Assembly (NCBI GenBank): GCA_963738405.1
Contig: CAVTWJ010000005.1
Location: forward strand, 46,140-110,139
DNA: 64,000 bases
Direction: 5' to 3'
Origin: a candidate division FCPU426 bacterium
GTDB taxonomy: Bacteria > Oederibacteriota > Muellerivitia > Muellerivitales > Muellerivitaceae
The translations under genes and the position numbers were made by a program. This document shows, one piece after another, positions 8,260 to 18,095 of the stretch (position 1 is the first letter of the stretch; the number at the start of each line of letters is the position of its first letter). The notes beneath the pieces were generated by a model that saw only the letters and a list, made by a program, of their open reading frames with translations, was not told where the DNA came from and ran no database searches.

Positions 8260-9798
8260 TTAGAGCTCCCCCCTTAAACCCAAACCGACGATTGTGGGGG
8301 ATGAAAAGCCCGAATCCGGCCAGGAAACATTCCCTGTCGGAGATTGCGAAACATAGGCATAGAGGCCAAGATAGGGTTTCCATCGCCATTCGGCTCCCCA
8401 TTCCCCCGCCAAATTCATTCCCAATGTTTTGCGCAACAGAACCCAGACGCTTGATCGGTCAGAAAAATTCAATCTCATTTCAGAACCGAAATCGTAGTCC
8501 CAATTTCCCGCAGAATCTTCCAAACATTCAATGGTCCATTGGGTCTCGAAAGAAGATATCCCCAAGACACGCGGAAGGGGCACCAGAAATTCACCCTGTC
8601 CCCGGCCGCCATCCTGGTTCCCCGAAGGTAGCGCAAGGTGAAGATACCCAAATCTCAGACGCCAGCGATTGTCGTTTTGGAAACCAACTCCGCCCTCCGC
8701 TTCCAATAGGTCCCCATTGGGTTGAACCGATTTGGATCCTTCTAAAAATATATTCCAGTCATCCTGTACAAACTTCACTCCGGATACCCAGCTGAATTCG
8801 GTTGGCACTTCATTTGAGAAATCAAAACGAAAGGATCCGTGGGCGGTCAAGACACCGATCAAGTCAATCCATTCTGAATTCTGGACGTAGCCCTTCGAAA
8901 CCTGACTTGAAATCCCTGATAAACTCCAATTTTGGAAATCCAACCCCATACCCCATTGGCTTTGAATCATCTCGGCCAAGTCGATTTTTCCACGCAAACG
9001 GCCGCCACCTTCTTGAACCGATTGATCACCATCCGTTGAGAAAGCCCAATAGGGCTTGAGGGTGGCGGTCAGCCATTCCCCATCAGTCCAGGTTAATTTG
9101 GGGCTGAGAACCGCCCAATTCAGTGTTGAGGATTCTTGAAGGGCCAACCCCAAAAGAGAAAGTTGCCAAAAATCATCCTGATATGGAACCGCGCTCGCTT
9201 CCAAGCCGTAGGACGGGTCGGATGAACTAATTCCATTCGAATTGGTTTGACGGGCGGAAAGAGAAAAAGAATAATTTTTTGCGTCCATCTCAAAAAATCC
9301 ATTTTCGGAAATGTTTCCGGCTATCCCTCCCGAATACTTCAGATGGGTCTCATCCTGTGTTGTCAAATCTCGAACCACAACCGCTCCCGCGGCCCCTTCA
9401 GGTCCCAACCAAGCCTCTGAAGGAAGGTCAAACCAATCGGCGGTCCATCCTCCTGGAAAATTAGAAAGAAAAGGCGTCATGCCAAACGGATTGGCTATGT
9501 CCTCGAAGAAAAGGCCCGAAGAAGTAGAAAAAGCCCCAATCCCAGGATGATTTTGGGGATTGTTCAAATTCCAACCCGGGAGACCCGCGCCTGATCCGTT
9601 GAGGTTGTGATATTCCCTGTTTTCCGAAAACCTTTGGATGTCCGGTGGAAGGTCCCCCAAATATTGATCGACACCGGAAAAGTTCAAAACTTCCCCTTCC
9701 CGAAAGGGCTGATAGGGGTCCGGGGAAACTTGAGCAGATAGGGGGGATACCGCAAGCGTTAAAAAAAATAAAAAAATGAGTTCAGCCGCTGAGATCAA
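8260..9798 (-). CDS. Putative outer-membrane beta-barrel with degenerate TonB-receptor-like plug
   Basis: Signal peptide from TTG 9798 (GGAGG upstream; the longer track ORF runs into the tRNA); LPSEAWLGPEGAAGAVVVR resembles the plug-end motif; many amphipathic strands; ends VGLGLRGEL. Confidence 0.55.
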   Translation of the reverse strand: MISAAELIFLFFLTLAVSPLSAQVSPDPYQPFREGEVLNFSGVDQYLGDLPPDIQRFSENREYHNLNGSGAGLPGWNLNNPQNHPGIGAFSTSSGLFFEDIANPFGMTPFLSNFPGGWTADWFDLPSEAWLGPEGAAGAVVVRDLTTQDETHLKYSGGIAGNISENGFFEMDAKNYSFSLSARQTNSNGISSSDPSYGLEASAVPYQDDFWQLSLLGLALQESSTLNWAVLSPKLTWTDGEWLTATLKPYWAFSTDGDQSVQEGGGRLRGKIDLAEMIQSQWGMGLDFQNWSLSGISSQVSKGYVQNSEWIDLIGVLTAHGSFRFDFSNEVPTEFSWVSGVKFVQDDWNIFLEGSKSVQPNGDLLEAEGGVGFQNDNRWRLRFGYLHLALPSGNQDGGRGQGEFLVPLPRVLGISSFETQWTIECLEDSAGNWDYDFGSEMRLNFSDRSSVWVLLRKTLGMNLAGEWGAEWRWKPYLGLYAYVSQSPTGNVSWPDSGFSSPTIVGLGLRGEL

Positions 9799-9824
9799 AC
9801 CATCCTCCCGGGAAACTGCGGAAA

Positions 9825-9901
<77 letters not shown>

Positions 9902-9925
9902 TTAAGATCAGCCTAAACCCTAAAG

Positions 9926-11731
9926 CTAATTATGACTCAACTGCTCGATGGACTGAAGCTTGGCCATGGCCTTGCTGATATTATTCTTGGCGTTTACGTT
10001 AGTGGGATCCAACTTCAAACAATCTTGCCACTTTTGTACAGCCTCGTGAATATTGCCGTTAATATAATTGTTCACCCCTTCGTAGTAAAGCGCCTTGACC
10101 TTGTCCGCGTCGACCTTTTCCTGGGACTGTTGGCCGGTCATTTGTTGGATTTGATCGTTGGCTTTCTCGTTGTTTGGATCAATGGAAAGAACACTCTCGT
10201 ATTTTGACTTCGCGTTCACCTTGTCGCCGGAAGCAAACAACGTGTCACCCTCTTGCAATAAACTGTCGACTTTAGTTCGTGTTTCCTTTTTGATGCGGAA
10301 TAGATTCTCCTTCACTTCTACGTTGGTTGGATCTATGCGGTAGGCGGCTTCCATGGCTTCCAATGCCGATTTCAAATCTCCGGCTCCCATTTTCTTTTTT
10401 CCAACGGCCAGTGATTTTTCCAAATCCGCCACTTGAAGGGCTTTGATCTTACGAATTTTTGCCTGTACTGTTGAACTCGAAGGATTAACTTTTTTAGCCA
10501 TTTGGTATTTCGCTAAGGCCCCGGAGTAATCCTTCTCGGCTGCCAATTCGTTTCCCTCGGCCAAAAGGGCCTTCACCTGCTCGCCGTTCGCCACCTTCGT
10601 GCTGGCAATAGCGTTCTTTACCTCCGCATTGTCAGGATCCATTTCCAAAGCCGCATTCCATTCGCTCAATGCCTTTAAATTATCCTTGTTTTTTTGAAAT
10701 TTCAGACCTGCCTGATAGTGCTTCTCGACCTCGGTTTCCAATTTCTTTTTCGCGTCGGCGATAAAATCATTAGCCTGTTTGTTGATGATGGCATCAGGTT
10801 GGTATGTAAGAACTTTCTGCCATTCGGCGATGGCATCCGAATAGCGGTTGTTCAACAAAAAACCATTGGCCTTGTCCATATGGGCGTTGATAGCAGCGTC
10901 AATGGCCTGGGCCTTCCCCACCGCAGCGTTTGAATCCTTGGGGTTCAATTTAAAAGCATGATCAAAGGCATCCTCCGCCTCGTCATAAAGGCTGTTATCG
11001 TAGTAAGCTACCGCCAAGTTGTAGTAGGTTTCATCCAATGAGTTTACGTCTTGGGACGCAGCGGGTTTAGTGGTTTCAATCTCGATTGATTTCTTGAAGT
11101 TCTCGATGGCCTGATTAAAATTGCCCAGGTTGTAATAAGAAAAACCCAGGTACTTATAGGTAGGGGCATCTTTTTGTATTAGAACCGCCTTTTCCATATA
11201 ACCAACAGCTTCTTTGTATTGCTTTTGTTGGTAATTTAAGACCCCAAGATCAAATAGTGCATTGAAGTTTGCGTCATCATTGTTGAGTTTCAAATCTAAT
11301 ATTTGTTGCTCCAGTTCTTCGGCGCCATTGTAATTTTTTTGACTCATCGCGATTTTGGATTGGCATTGATATAGATACAGCATGATATCTTTATTATCGG
11401 GTTTGATTTTCAAGACATTTTGAAAATGGGTGATCGCAGTTGAACAATCCTGTTTTAAAAAAGCAGAAATCCCCAGACAGCTTTCCATCAACTCGCGGGA
11501 CTGCGAATCGTTTGGATTCAGCCTGACACAGGTTTCAAATTCCGGTTCAGCCAAATCATATTGGGATTGTTTTAAATAGCTAACCCCCAAATTGAAATGA
11601 GCCGTTGGATCATTGGGGTTGGATTTGATGGCGTCTTGCAAAGCTTGAATCTTGGCGTCTTGTGCCTTCAGTAACAACGGGAAAAGGAAAAGTAGAAGGA
11701 GGGAAAAACAAAACAAGGGATTCCTTCTCAT
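9926..11731 (-). CDS. Exported multi-TPR protein
   Basis: Signal peptide (MRRNPLFCFSLLLLFLFPLLLKA) followed by many TPR repeats (AHFNLGVSY, YYNLAVAYY, W..AL..DP.N); GGAGG before ATG 11731. Confidence 0.85.
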   Translation of the reverse strand: MRRNPLFCFSLLLLFLFPLLLKAQDAKIQALQDAIKSNPNDPTAHFNLGVSYLKQSQYDLAEPEFETCVRLNPNDSQSRELMESCLGISAFLKQDCSTAITHFQNVLKIKPDNKDIMLYLYQCQSKIAMSQKNYNGAEELEQQILDLKLNNDDANFNALFDLGVLNYQQKQYKEAVGYMEKAVLIQKDAPTYKYLGFSYYNLGNFNQAIENFKKSIEIETTKPAASQDVNSLDETYYNLAVAYYDNSLYDEAEDAFDHAFKLNPKDSNAAVGKAQAIDAAINAHMDKANGFLLNNRYSDAIAEWQKVLTYQPDAIINKQANDFIADAKKKLETEVEKHYQAGLKFQKNKDNLKALSEWNAALEMDPDNAEVKNAIASTKVANGEQVKALLAEGNELAAEKDYSGALAKYQMAKKVNPSSSTVQAKIRKIKALQVADLEKSLAVGKKKMGAGDLKSALEAMEAAYRIDPTNVEVKENLFRIKKETRTKVDSLLQEGDTLFASGDKVNAKSKYESVLSIDPNNEKANDQIQQMTGQQSQEKVDADKVKALYYEGVNNYINGNIHEAVQKWQDCLKLDPTNVNAKNNISKAMAKLQSIEQLSHN

Positions 11732-11755
11732 GAGAAAAACCTCCAAATAATTTAG

Positions 11756-12991
11756 TTAGGGATTAGAAGTTGTTGCGTCAAGAATCAGCAGGTCATCGAC
11801 TGGATTCGTTCCGCCTTGTTGGCAGCGGATCATTGTGCCATCGAAAGACCATGACAATTCGGAAGTATAGTCAAAATGTTGCGCTGTTTTCAACCAAGTT
11901 ACATTCAACCCATCCGCAGTCATAACCCATATTTTTCTATCCCAAACAAAGGCAATTTTGTTACCAGCCGGATGAAAAGCTGGATGAAACCCAAGAGTAG
12001 GGATGGGAGTAGATGCAGTGAAGTATAAAGTCTTCGTTATATTTTTATTTAGATTCGTTTTTTCCAGTTTCCGCTTTTTCCCCGCGAGTCGTTCATAAAC
12101 CAAGGATTGACTGTCCGCGCTCCAAGTCGGAAGCTCCGCCCCGAAGGTTTGCGGGAGCAATTTGAAACTTACTTCATTAGAGTTGGGCAAAACCTTTGCG
12201 CTATAAAGATAGTAGATTCCGTTCTTCGCTTTTTTTCTCGAAACTAAAATTTGTCCGTCAGGCGAGAGTAATCCCGACTCCGCACCGGTAGGACTGGGCA
12301 CAAAGTCGGCGGTAAAGCTATTGTTAAAGACAGTTTCAGATTTAATCCAAAGTGCCGTGGAATCACAATTCTCAATCAGCGCCTCCCTTCTAATCCTATC
12401 CTGTAGAGCTTCCACCCTTGCCCTTTGCTCGGGCGCAACCAAAGCCGCGGGATAGGCTTCAACAAGCGCTCGCACCAATTCTCCGGAATCTTTGTATTTT
12501 TTTTGATAAAAAAGGGTGGTTGCTGAACTGAGCTGAGAAGAAATAACTGTTTGTACCGCATTGTGAATCTGAGCGTCTGAAAAACACATGTCCAAAGCCT
12601 TTTTGGAGTACTCGACTGCTTTGTTTTGGTCTTTTAGTTGGTTCCGGTAGAGATCCGCCATTTTAAGTAATCCACGGAGATCCTCATCGGTGCCAGGGAA
12701 TTCAGAATCGATTTTTTCATACCAACTGATGGCTTCGTCATATTGTGACCCAGAGATATCCATAGCAGCCATCCTTGAATAGATAACCGCCTTCAGTTCA
12801 GTCTGGGGATGGTTTTTAAGATAATCTTGATAGGCCTTTAACGCCTGTTCCCGAAGGCCCTTTCGATCCAAGTCAGATGCCGTTTCGAACGAATCTGAAA
12901 AAATATGACATCCCCCCAAAAACAAAGTCAGGACCAAAAAACATCCCAGGATATTTGGGCTTTTAGGATTAAGGCTCAAGTCAAACTCCAA
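11756..12991 (-). CDS. Lipoprotein with TPR domain and TolB/PD40-like beta-propeller repeats
   Basis: Lipobox LFLGGC; BamD/YfiO-like TPRs (YQDYLKNHPQT, YEKIDSEFPGT); PD40-like repeats LSPDGQ, PTWSADS, PAFHPAG, SWSFDG. Confidence 0.72.
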   Translation of the reverse strand: MEFDLSLNPKSPNILGCFLVLTLFLGGCHIFSDSFETASDLDRKGLREQALKAYQDYLKNHPQTELKAVIYSRMAAMDISGSQYDEAISWYEKIDSEFPGTDEDLRGLLKMADLYRNQLKDQNKAVEYSKKALDMCFSDAQIHNAVQTVISSQLSSATTLFYQKKYKDSGELVRALVEAYPAALVAPEQRARVEALQDRIRREALIENCDSTALWIKSETVFNNSFTADFVPSPTGAESGLLSPDGQILVSRKKAKNGIYYLYSAKVLPNSNEVSFKLLPQTFGAELPTWSADSQSLVYERLAGKKRKLEKTNLNKNITKTLYFTASTPIPTLGFHPAFHPAGNKIAFVWDRKIWVMTADGLNVTWLKTAQHFDYTSELSWSFDGTMIRCQQGGTNPVDDLLILDATTSNP

Positions 12992-12992
12992 T

Positions 12993-14738
12993 TTACTTCG
13001 TTAGTATGATGATATCGACTCGACGGTTTCGCATATGCGCAATTTCGGTCCCCGATATTTCCAACGGCGCTGCGGTTCCATGTCCTCGCGCATAGAGGTT
13101 ATCGGGAGAAATATTTTCTTTTTCAACTAAAAACCGCATGACGGAATCCGCGCGATACTGGGAAAGTCTAAGTGACTCATCCTCACTTCCTTCATCATCC
13201 GCATGCCCTTCGATATAAACCCTGGAATTGGGATATTTACGGATGAGACGAGCCACTTGAGCTAGATAGTTTTCATAGTCGAGGGACACCTCACTATTGC
13301 CCTCTCGGAATGACAGGCTCGGCAATTTGATGACACCCGACAAACCAAGGGGTTGAACATTCTCGGGCATCTTAGGCGGGGCTGGCGGTCTTGGAGCCGC
13401 GGCCTCCACCGCAAATACAGGCGCTTCCCTCTCTCCGATTGCGGTTGGAGAAACCCTGAAAATGGGGTCGCTGGCTAAAACTTGTTGCCCCCTCGTATCC
13501 ACCGTCCTCAAGTTATAGTTCGCGAAAATTCCTCCCGCCACCACATTTCCATTGGCATCCTTGCCGTCCCAGGCGATTTCCCTTGGGGGAACACCCTTGC
13601 CACTATAAGTCCTTAAAATATTTCCTTTTGGATCCGTGATTTCCAATGACCAATTTTTAATATCCGTTCGAGCCATCGGCTTGAGCTCAAAGGTGGCTTG
13701 TTTTAGGGAACCTGTTTTGAAATCCGCGATTTGAGGTTGAATTTGAACAGCAACTTGCTTTGCAGGGGGCTGAATTTTTTCTTCCGGTTCTAACTCGAAG
13801 GTTAACGAAAACCTTTGAGTGTCACCCAATGCCCCAAATGGAACTAAAGCGTAATCCAGTTCCCAGTCTTGGAATTTTACCCCGACCCCCATCGAGGCGC
13901 CCGATAAACCTCCCAGATCCTGGTTAAAATCATTCAAACTATAGCCCCCCCGCAGCGCAACCGAAACGTTCTTATCCCCGATCCAAACCTCTCCCCCCGC
14001 GTTATAAATCGGATCACTATCAATCGCTTTTTGGACATCCACATCCACCACAAAATGCGTGGGATCCTGTGGTTGAAACCGATAGGCTAAGCCGGCTCGA
14101 TAAACCATGGGAAGATCTTCTTGGGTTGAATATTGCGAAAAACTGGATAATTGTCCCAAATTTTGTACTGAAAGCCCCAGAGTTAATTCTCTGTGATCCG
14201 TCGAAAGTAAAAGACCTCCATCTACCGCTTCGCCTGTGGCAGAAAATGTTAGTAAATTACTGTTAATGAATTTCGCCCCAATCCCGAAGGAAACATTAGG
14301 ACCAAATGACTGTCCGAACCCGAGTTCAATGGCAAGGTCACTCGCACTTCCAGGAATAGCCGATGGATTATTGGTTGAATTGAAGGATGGGACAAAATCA
14401 TAAGAGGCTCCCAATCCCAATGTGCTCCCAGGGTTTAAGGGAACCGCACCCGCTAAAAATTCATAGTTTGTACCGGCCAAATAGGAAATGTGTTGAGCGT
14501 TGATTTCCAAATGTTGGATTTGAGCAAGGCCCGCAGTATTCCAATAGGGCGCGGTGGGATCGTCCGCAACCGCCGTAAAAGCTCCACCCATGCCCGCGCC
14601 ACGAACTCCTGTTGGGATTTCCAAGAATTGGACACCTGTCGAACTAATGCTGTCCGCACGTAAAAGACATGGGGAAATAAATGTAATGAAAAAGATAAAA
14701 CACAAAACAGCAAAATTAGAGAAATGTCGTTGGGGCAT
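12993..14738 (-). CDS. PorV/PorQ-family barrel fused to FlgD-like Ig domain and OmpA-like peptidoglycan-binding domain
   Basis: FLEIPTGVRGAGMGGAFTAVADDPTAPYWNTAGL (PorV/PorQ); ITDPKGNILRT...WDGKDANGNVV (FlgD-Ig); IEGHADDEG...LSQYRADSV...RNRRVDI (OmpA_C). Confidence 0.85.
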   Translation of the reverse strand: MPQRHFSNFAVLCFIFFITFISPCLLRADSISSTGVQFLEIPTGVRGAGMGGAFTAVADDPTAPYWNTAGLAQIQHLEINAQHISYLAGTNYEFLAGAVPLNPGSTLGLGASYDFVPSFNSTNNPSAIPGSASDLAIELGFGQSFGPNVSFGIGAKFINSNLLTFSATGEAVDGGLLLSTDHRELTLGLSVQNLGQLSSFSQYSTQEDLPMVYRAGLAYRFQPQDPTHFVVDVDVQKAIDSDPIYNAGGEVWIGDKNVSVALRGGYSLNDFNQDLGGLSGASMGVGVKFQDWELDYALVPFGALGDTQRFSLTFELEPEEKIQPPAKQVAVQIQPQIADFKTGSLKQATFELKPMARTDIKNWSLEITDPKGNILRTYSGKGVPPREIAWDGKDANGNVVAGGIFANYNLRTVDTRGQQVLASDPIFRVSPTAIGEREAPVFAVEAAAPRPPAPPKMPENVQPLGLSGVIKLPSLSFREGNSEVSLDYENYLAQVARLIRKYPNSRVYIEGHADDEGSEDESLRLSQYRADSVMRFLVEKENISPDNLYARGHGTAAPLEISGTEIAHMRNRRVDIIILTK

Positions 14739-14767
14739 GTAAACCCTGTGATTAAAGGTTTTTTCGG

Positions 14768-14798
14768 ATTATAACACGTGAAAACCGTGCAGTGTCAA
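14768..14798 (-). promoter_or_regulatory. Promoter for the PorV-OmpA envelope cluster
   Basis: Extended -10 TGtTATAAT (TATAAT 14773-14768), with TTGACA 19 bp upstream. Confidence 0.55.
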
Positions 14799-14904
14799 CG
14801 AACCCCCACCGATACCGCTTATCGACCTCCCTTTCGCCCCAGTAAAGATTTCATAACATCAGCCCCATCTTAGTCCCCCAACTTCCGAAGCCCAGCCTTC
14901 GCGA

Positions 14905-14932
14905 TTGCTACCTCAACAATTGCTGTTATAAT
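14905..14932 (+). promoter_or_regulatory. Promoter for ppiD-like gene
   Basis: TTGCTA, 16 bp, TATAAT with TGn extension. Confidence 0.5.
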
Positions 14933-14977
14933 GCGCAAGTTTTTCAACCATCCAACACATTTTTTGGAGTTCATCTC

Positions 14978-16444
14978 ATGATGCGCACCTTACGCGATAA
15001 AAAAACGATGCATGTAATTTTATGGCTTCTGATTGCCGCTTTCGTCATTGGCTTCCTTTTTCTGGCTAGCGGAAGGTGGTTAATGAAGGGAAATACGCAA
15101 GACCCTAATACCCTCGCCCAGATTGGAGACCAAAAAATCAGTTATTCTGATTTCGATAAAGCCTATCAACCCGCCTATGACAATTTGTTTGGCCGGGCTG
15201 AAATTGAACCCTCTCCAGAGCAAACCAAACACTTAAAAGAAGAAGTGTTAAACCAGTTGATTGACGAGGCGATCTTAGAAAAAACAGCAGAAAAGCTTGG
15301 CCTTTCCGTTTCCATGGACGAGGTGGCCAGCGCCATTCAAAAATCCTCTTATTTTCAGGATGAAAGCGGAAAATTTGACGCAAACATCTATTTCAAACTT
15401 CTCCAACAAAACAATCTGACTCCCGCGCTATTCGAAGCGTCCCAACAACGGCAAATGTTGATTCAAAAAATTCAAGGGTTGTTGGACCAAAGCTATCTTT
15501 ACGCACCCTCCGACGTGGAATCCTTTAAAACTTTTCTCAACCGGGATCTCAAGGCTTCCTACATTTCCTTGAGCCCCTCGAGCTACGAAAAAAACATAAC
15601 CGTTCATGAATCTGATCTACAGGATTATTTTGAGGCCCATCGTGAAAGGTACGATATAAAAGAACAAGCCAAAGCCAGGCATATCCTTATAAGCGTTCCA
15701 TCCACCGCCGGTATGGCCGATCAAGCCAAAGCCAAACAAACTTTGGACGATCTTCGGTCTCAAATACTCGCAGGAAAAACAACATTTGCGGCTGCTGCCA
15801 TTAAGTTTTCCCAGGATACCGGAAGCGGGAAAAAAGGCGGTGAATTGGGCTGGCTGGATAGGGGAATGACGGTTAAGGAGTTCGATGAGACCCTGTTTCA
15901 CTTGAAAAAAGGTGAAATTTCGCAGCCTGTTCAGACAAAATTCGGCTACCACCTCATTCAACTTGAGGATTACCAGGGGGCCCACAAAAGCGAATTTTCA
16001 GAGGTTCGTGGCAAAGTTGAAAAGCAATATCGTCAAGAAAAAGCGATCAACCAAATTATTGCCCTTTCAGGACAAATTGGCTCCAAGCTTCAATTACATG
16101 AGACTCTTGAGCAAATTGGAAAAGAGTTGTCGCTCACGGTTTCTCAAACCCTTTGGTTCAATCGTCGGGCTGAAATACCTCACTTAAAAGATTCTCTTTC
16201 GGCAGCCGAAACCTTGAGCGACCTTTATACCGGCCAATGGAAAGGACCCCTTTCCATTGGCGAATCTCAATATTTTTTCCAGGTCACCGAAGAAAAACCA
16301 GCCCAACCTTTGAAAAAAGAAGATCCATCCGACCTTGCCCGCATTTACGAGACCTTTAAAAAGGACCGTGTAAACCTCTGGCTTAAGGATTTTTTAGAGG
16401 AACAACGAAAAGAACTGAAAGTTAAAACTTTCCTCACCGAATAA
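14978..16444 (+). CDS. PpiD/SurA-family periplasmic chaperone (SurA N-domain plus parvulin PPIase)
   Basis: N-terminal TM anchor, SurA_N-like region, parvulin motifs ARHILI, SQDTGS..KGGELGW, ISQPVQTKFGYHLI. Confidence 0.88.
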   Translation: MMRTLRDKKTMHVILWLLIAAFVIGFLFLASGRWLMKGNTQDPNTLAQIGDQKISYSDFDKAYQPAYDNLFGRAEIEPSPEQTKHLKEEVLNQLIDEAILEKTAEKLGLSVSMDEVASAIQKSSYFQDESGKFDANIYFKLLQQNNLTPALFEASQQRQMLIQKIQGLLDQSYLYAPSDVESFKTFLNRDLKASYISLSPSSYEKNITVHESDLQDYFEAHRERYDIKEQAKARHILISVPSTAGMADQAKAKQTLDDLRSQILAGKTTFAAAAIKFSQDTGSGKKGGELGWLDRGMTVKEFDETLFHLKKGEISQPVQTKFGYHLIQLEDYQGAHKSEFSEVRGKVEKQYRQEKAINQIIALSGQIGSKLQLHETLEQIGKELSLTVSQTLWFNRRAEIPHLKDSLSAAETLSDLYTGQWKGPLSIGESQYFFQVTEEKPAQPLKKEDPSDLARIYETFKKDRVNLWLKDFLEEQRKELKVKTFLTE

Positions 16445-17012
16445 GTCCCAAACGGTTCAATTCGGGTAGGAGCCAATCGACCGGTAAACCAAGCACGTTG
16501 AAATAATCTCCAGAAAGATCGTTAATCCATTTTCGTGCCTGCCCCCTAATGTCATAGGCGCCGGCCTTGTCATAAGGCTCCAGGGTTTGGGTGTAGATAT
16601 CCATCTCTTCTTTCCTCAACCGTCGAAAACCTACTCGACTCACTTCCAATTTGATACCTATTTTTTTACCCCCCGGTCCCAAGAGAGCCGTTCCCGTAAA
16701 AACATAGTGTTGATATTGGGATAACCGCCGTAGTACCCACAACACTTCCTGGGCATCTTTGGGCTTGCCCAACAAGGCATTCCCCGCCACCACTACCGTA
16801 TCGGCACCAATGACATATTTATTTGGATTTCGTATGGAAACTTCCTCTGCCTTTTGAAAGGCCAAACGCCGGACTAGGTGTTCGGCGGTTTCACCTCGGC
16901 GGGGAGTTTCATGAATACCCAGGGGCGGACTGACCCGAAAGTTAACGCCCCAAAAATCAAGAATAGCCTTACGCCTGGGAGATTGAGACGCGAGTAAAAG
17001 TTGGGCAGGCAG
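16434..17012 (-). CDS. maf: Maf-family nucleoside triphosphate pyrophosphatase
   Basis: LLLASQSPRR, IGADTVV, LGKP, DKAGAY, NVLGLP. The frame is open from CTG 17012; the track's TTG start at 16865 would cut off the N-terminal motif. Confidence 0.92.
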   Translation of the reverse strand: MPAQLLLASQSPRRKAILDFWGVNFRVSPPLGIHETPRRGETAEHLVRRLAFQKAEEVSIRNPNKYVIGADTVVVAGNALLGKPKDAQEVLWVLRRLSQYQHYVFTGTALLGPGGKKIGIKLEVSRVGFRRLRKEEMDIYTQTLEPYDKAGAYDIRGQARKWINDLSGDYFNVLGLPVDWLLPELNRLGLIR

Positions 17013-17022
17013 AAGAAATTCC

Positions 17023-17277
17023 CTATTTCGCGAAATACAACCCGGTAATCGCCCCGATTAGTCCGAACAGATTCAAAAATATTTTGATCCCAAAGGTGAG
17101 GACAATGATGCGCAGATTAAACACTAGGGGTTCGTCAAAACCCAAGGTAAACCCCTTGATAAAAACATCGTGAAAAAAACCAGCCGGAATTAAAAGGGCC
17201 ATTAATTCGCCGAAATACCCGCCCAAAATCCCACCCAACAAAACGAAAAGAAAAGAAGTTCCAATGTTTTTAGCCAT
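17023..17277 (-). CDS. Small membrane protein, DUF4321-like
   Basis: 84 aa hydrophobic; G.ILGG..GE and LNL.II.LTFG....LN..G.IG pattern; commonly found upstream of maf. Confidence 0.75.
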   Translation of the reverse strand: MAKNIGTSFLFVLLGGILGGYFGELMALLIPAGFFHDVFIKGFTLGFDEPLVFNLRIIVLTFGIKIFLNLFGLIGAITGLYFAK

Positions 17278-17288
17278 CTCTATTCTCC

Positions 17289-18095
17289 TTAACGATGAAT
17301 TCGATGGTCTTGAGGCGTGGTTACAACCACACCCAACGCCCGGATAGCTTCCTGAGCCGCCAGCTGTTCTGCTTCTTTTTTACTTTTGCCGACGCCACGG
17401 CCAATGACTTCCCCGGCCACCTTGCAGGCCGCCTCAAAATTGCGGTTGTGGTCTGGGCCCCACTCCCTCACCATGTCGTAATGAGGGGCCAATTTCCGGG
17501 TTTTTTGAAAATGTTCCTGCAATAAGGTTTTATGGTCTTTCTCAAGCCTGCCGGTAAAAACACCTTCGATATCATCCTTAAGAAGGCCTAAAACAAGTTT
17601 CCCAGCTGTCTCTAACCCATGGGTTAGATAAACCGCGCCAATGACCGCCTCTAAAGCGTCAGCTAAAAGGGAAGGCCGATTTTTACCACCAGTTTTTTCC
17701 TCACCTTTCCCCAGCCTTAAAAAGCGCCCCAAGTCGAGTTCCTTAGCCTTGTCCCCCAAAACCTGGGCGCTTACGACTACGCTTTTCACTTTAGAGAGTC
17801 CGCCCTCGGTCACCTCTGGGAAAGTTTCAAAAACATATTGGGATACAATCAGACCTAAAACAGAATCGCCTAAAAATTCTAGTTTTTCATTATTCTTTTG
17901 AGAATTCAGTTTTCGTTCATAAGAAAAGGATTTATGGGTCAGCGCTTCATTCAGTAACCCGTAGTTTCCGGTGGGAATTCCTAATCGTCGTGTCAATTCT
18001 TTTAGTTCGACTACCCGGGTCTTTTCCAATTCTTCCCCAGACGGCGAAACTCTCTTGGCGTTAGGAATTAAACTTTTTAACAACGAGAGAGACAT
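17289..18095 (-). CDS. rnc: Ribonuclease III
   Basis: ALTHKS, NEKLEFLGDSVL, LADALEAVIGA, dsRBD (KTLLQE, GPDH, GKSKKEAEQ.AA); start uncertain, overlaps fabF. Confidence 0.96.
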   Translation of the reverse strand: MSLSLLKSLIPNAKRVSPSGEELEKTRVVELKELTRRLGIPTGNYGLLNEALTHKSFSYERKLNSQKNNEKLEFLGDSVLGLIVSQYVFETFPEVTEGGLSKVKSVVVSAQVLGDKAKELDLGRFLRLGKGEEKTGGKNRPSLLADALEAVIGAVYLTHGLETAGKLVLGLLKDDIEGVFTGRLEKDHKTLLQEHFQKTRKLAPHYDMVREWGPDHNRNFEAACKVAGEVIGRGVGKSKKEAEQLAAQEAIRALGVVVTTPQDHRIHR

